A DNA stretch of 64,000 bases from Schmidtea polychroa. Lineage: Eukaryota. Below the pieces are notes generated by a model. It was not told the origin of the DNA. It worked only from the letters and a program-made list of their open reading frames with translations, and made no database searches. Location of the stretch: NCBI GenBank assembly GCA_044892525.1, contig CM097885.1, positions 5,830,001 to 5,894,000 on the forward strand. Reading direction: 5' to 3'. Position numbers and translations under genes: made by a program. Below, in pieces: positions 63,590 through 64,000 of the stretch. Within the stretch, counting starts at the first letter, position 1, and every line of letters starts with the position of its first letter.

Positions 63590-63870
63590 CTTTACCTAAA
63601 ACAGGATAATGTTTGACCACATGCCTCTTTCAAAAGCTTAACAATTCCAACTCAATATCTTGCCCACCCCTTATTCATCCGACGTGGTACCGCCAAACTT
63701 GTATTTTTTCGCCCCTATGAAAATGGTATTATGTGGTTAGAGTTTCATCTCTGCTACCGAAGTACAAATAGAGTTTCAAGTGTGTGTTGATTCAAAACCA
63801 CCCACATTTTTCGAAGGTGGTAATTTGCTGTTGTTTATGGTGGGAGATATGTGGCCAAACCAGTTTATCA
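63590..63870 (+). mobile_element. Degenerate mariner transposase C-terminal fragment
   Basis: QDNV*PH, HPPYSSDV.P...F..MK..L.G..F....EV......SKPP.FFE.G resembles mariner HDNARPH / HPPYSPDLAP.. Confidence 0.65.
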
Positions 63871-64000
63871 TCTACCAAAGTCATTAGGCAAGACTATTGT
63901 TTAAATAATGGAGGAGTCGGGATAATACTTCTAAGGAAAAAAAATGGCAGATGCGACATAAAATAAGAAATTAATATAATAATTTCAAATCCACGGAGAA

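Overview
AT-rich eukaryotic (animal) genomic DNA with short GT-AG introns (about 44-50 nt) and long (AAT)n/(AT)n tracts. A planarian-type flatworm is plausible, but that is inference only. Host genes: an intronless, divergent G-alpha-s-like subunit with a ~100-aa insert; two tandem 3-exon NADAR (YbiA-like) genes; a 4-exon phytochelatin synthase; a frameshifted TRAF; a 9-exon secreted LCCL-domain gene; and fragments of NDC80 and proteasome alpha-6. Most of the remaining sequence is nested mobile DNA: hAT, piggyBac, mariner, three Ty3/Gypsy remnants, two Penelope elements (one with a candidate hammerhead ribozyme) and non-autonomous Polinton/Maverick-like elements. The most unusual structure is a family of giant LTRs (3.3-5.7 kb, termini TGTTGGG...CCCA(A/C)CA) that carry their own protein-coding cassettes: an AT-hook ORF and a coiled-coil/basic ORF that appears to be spliced. 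One copy has a tRNA-Pro PBS, a downstream coiled-coil + IAP-type RING ORF and a matching target-site duplication. All calls are by eye from the sequence; no database searches were run.
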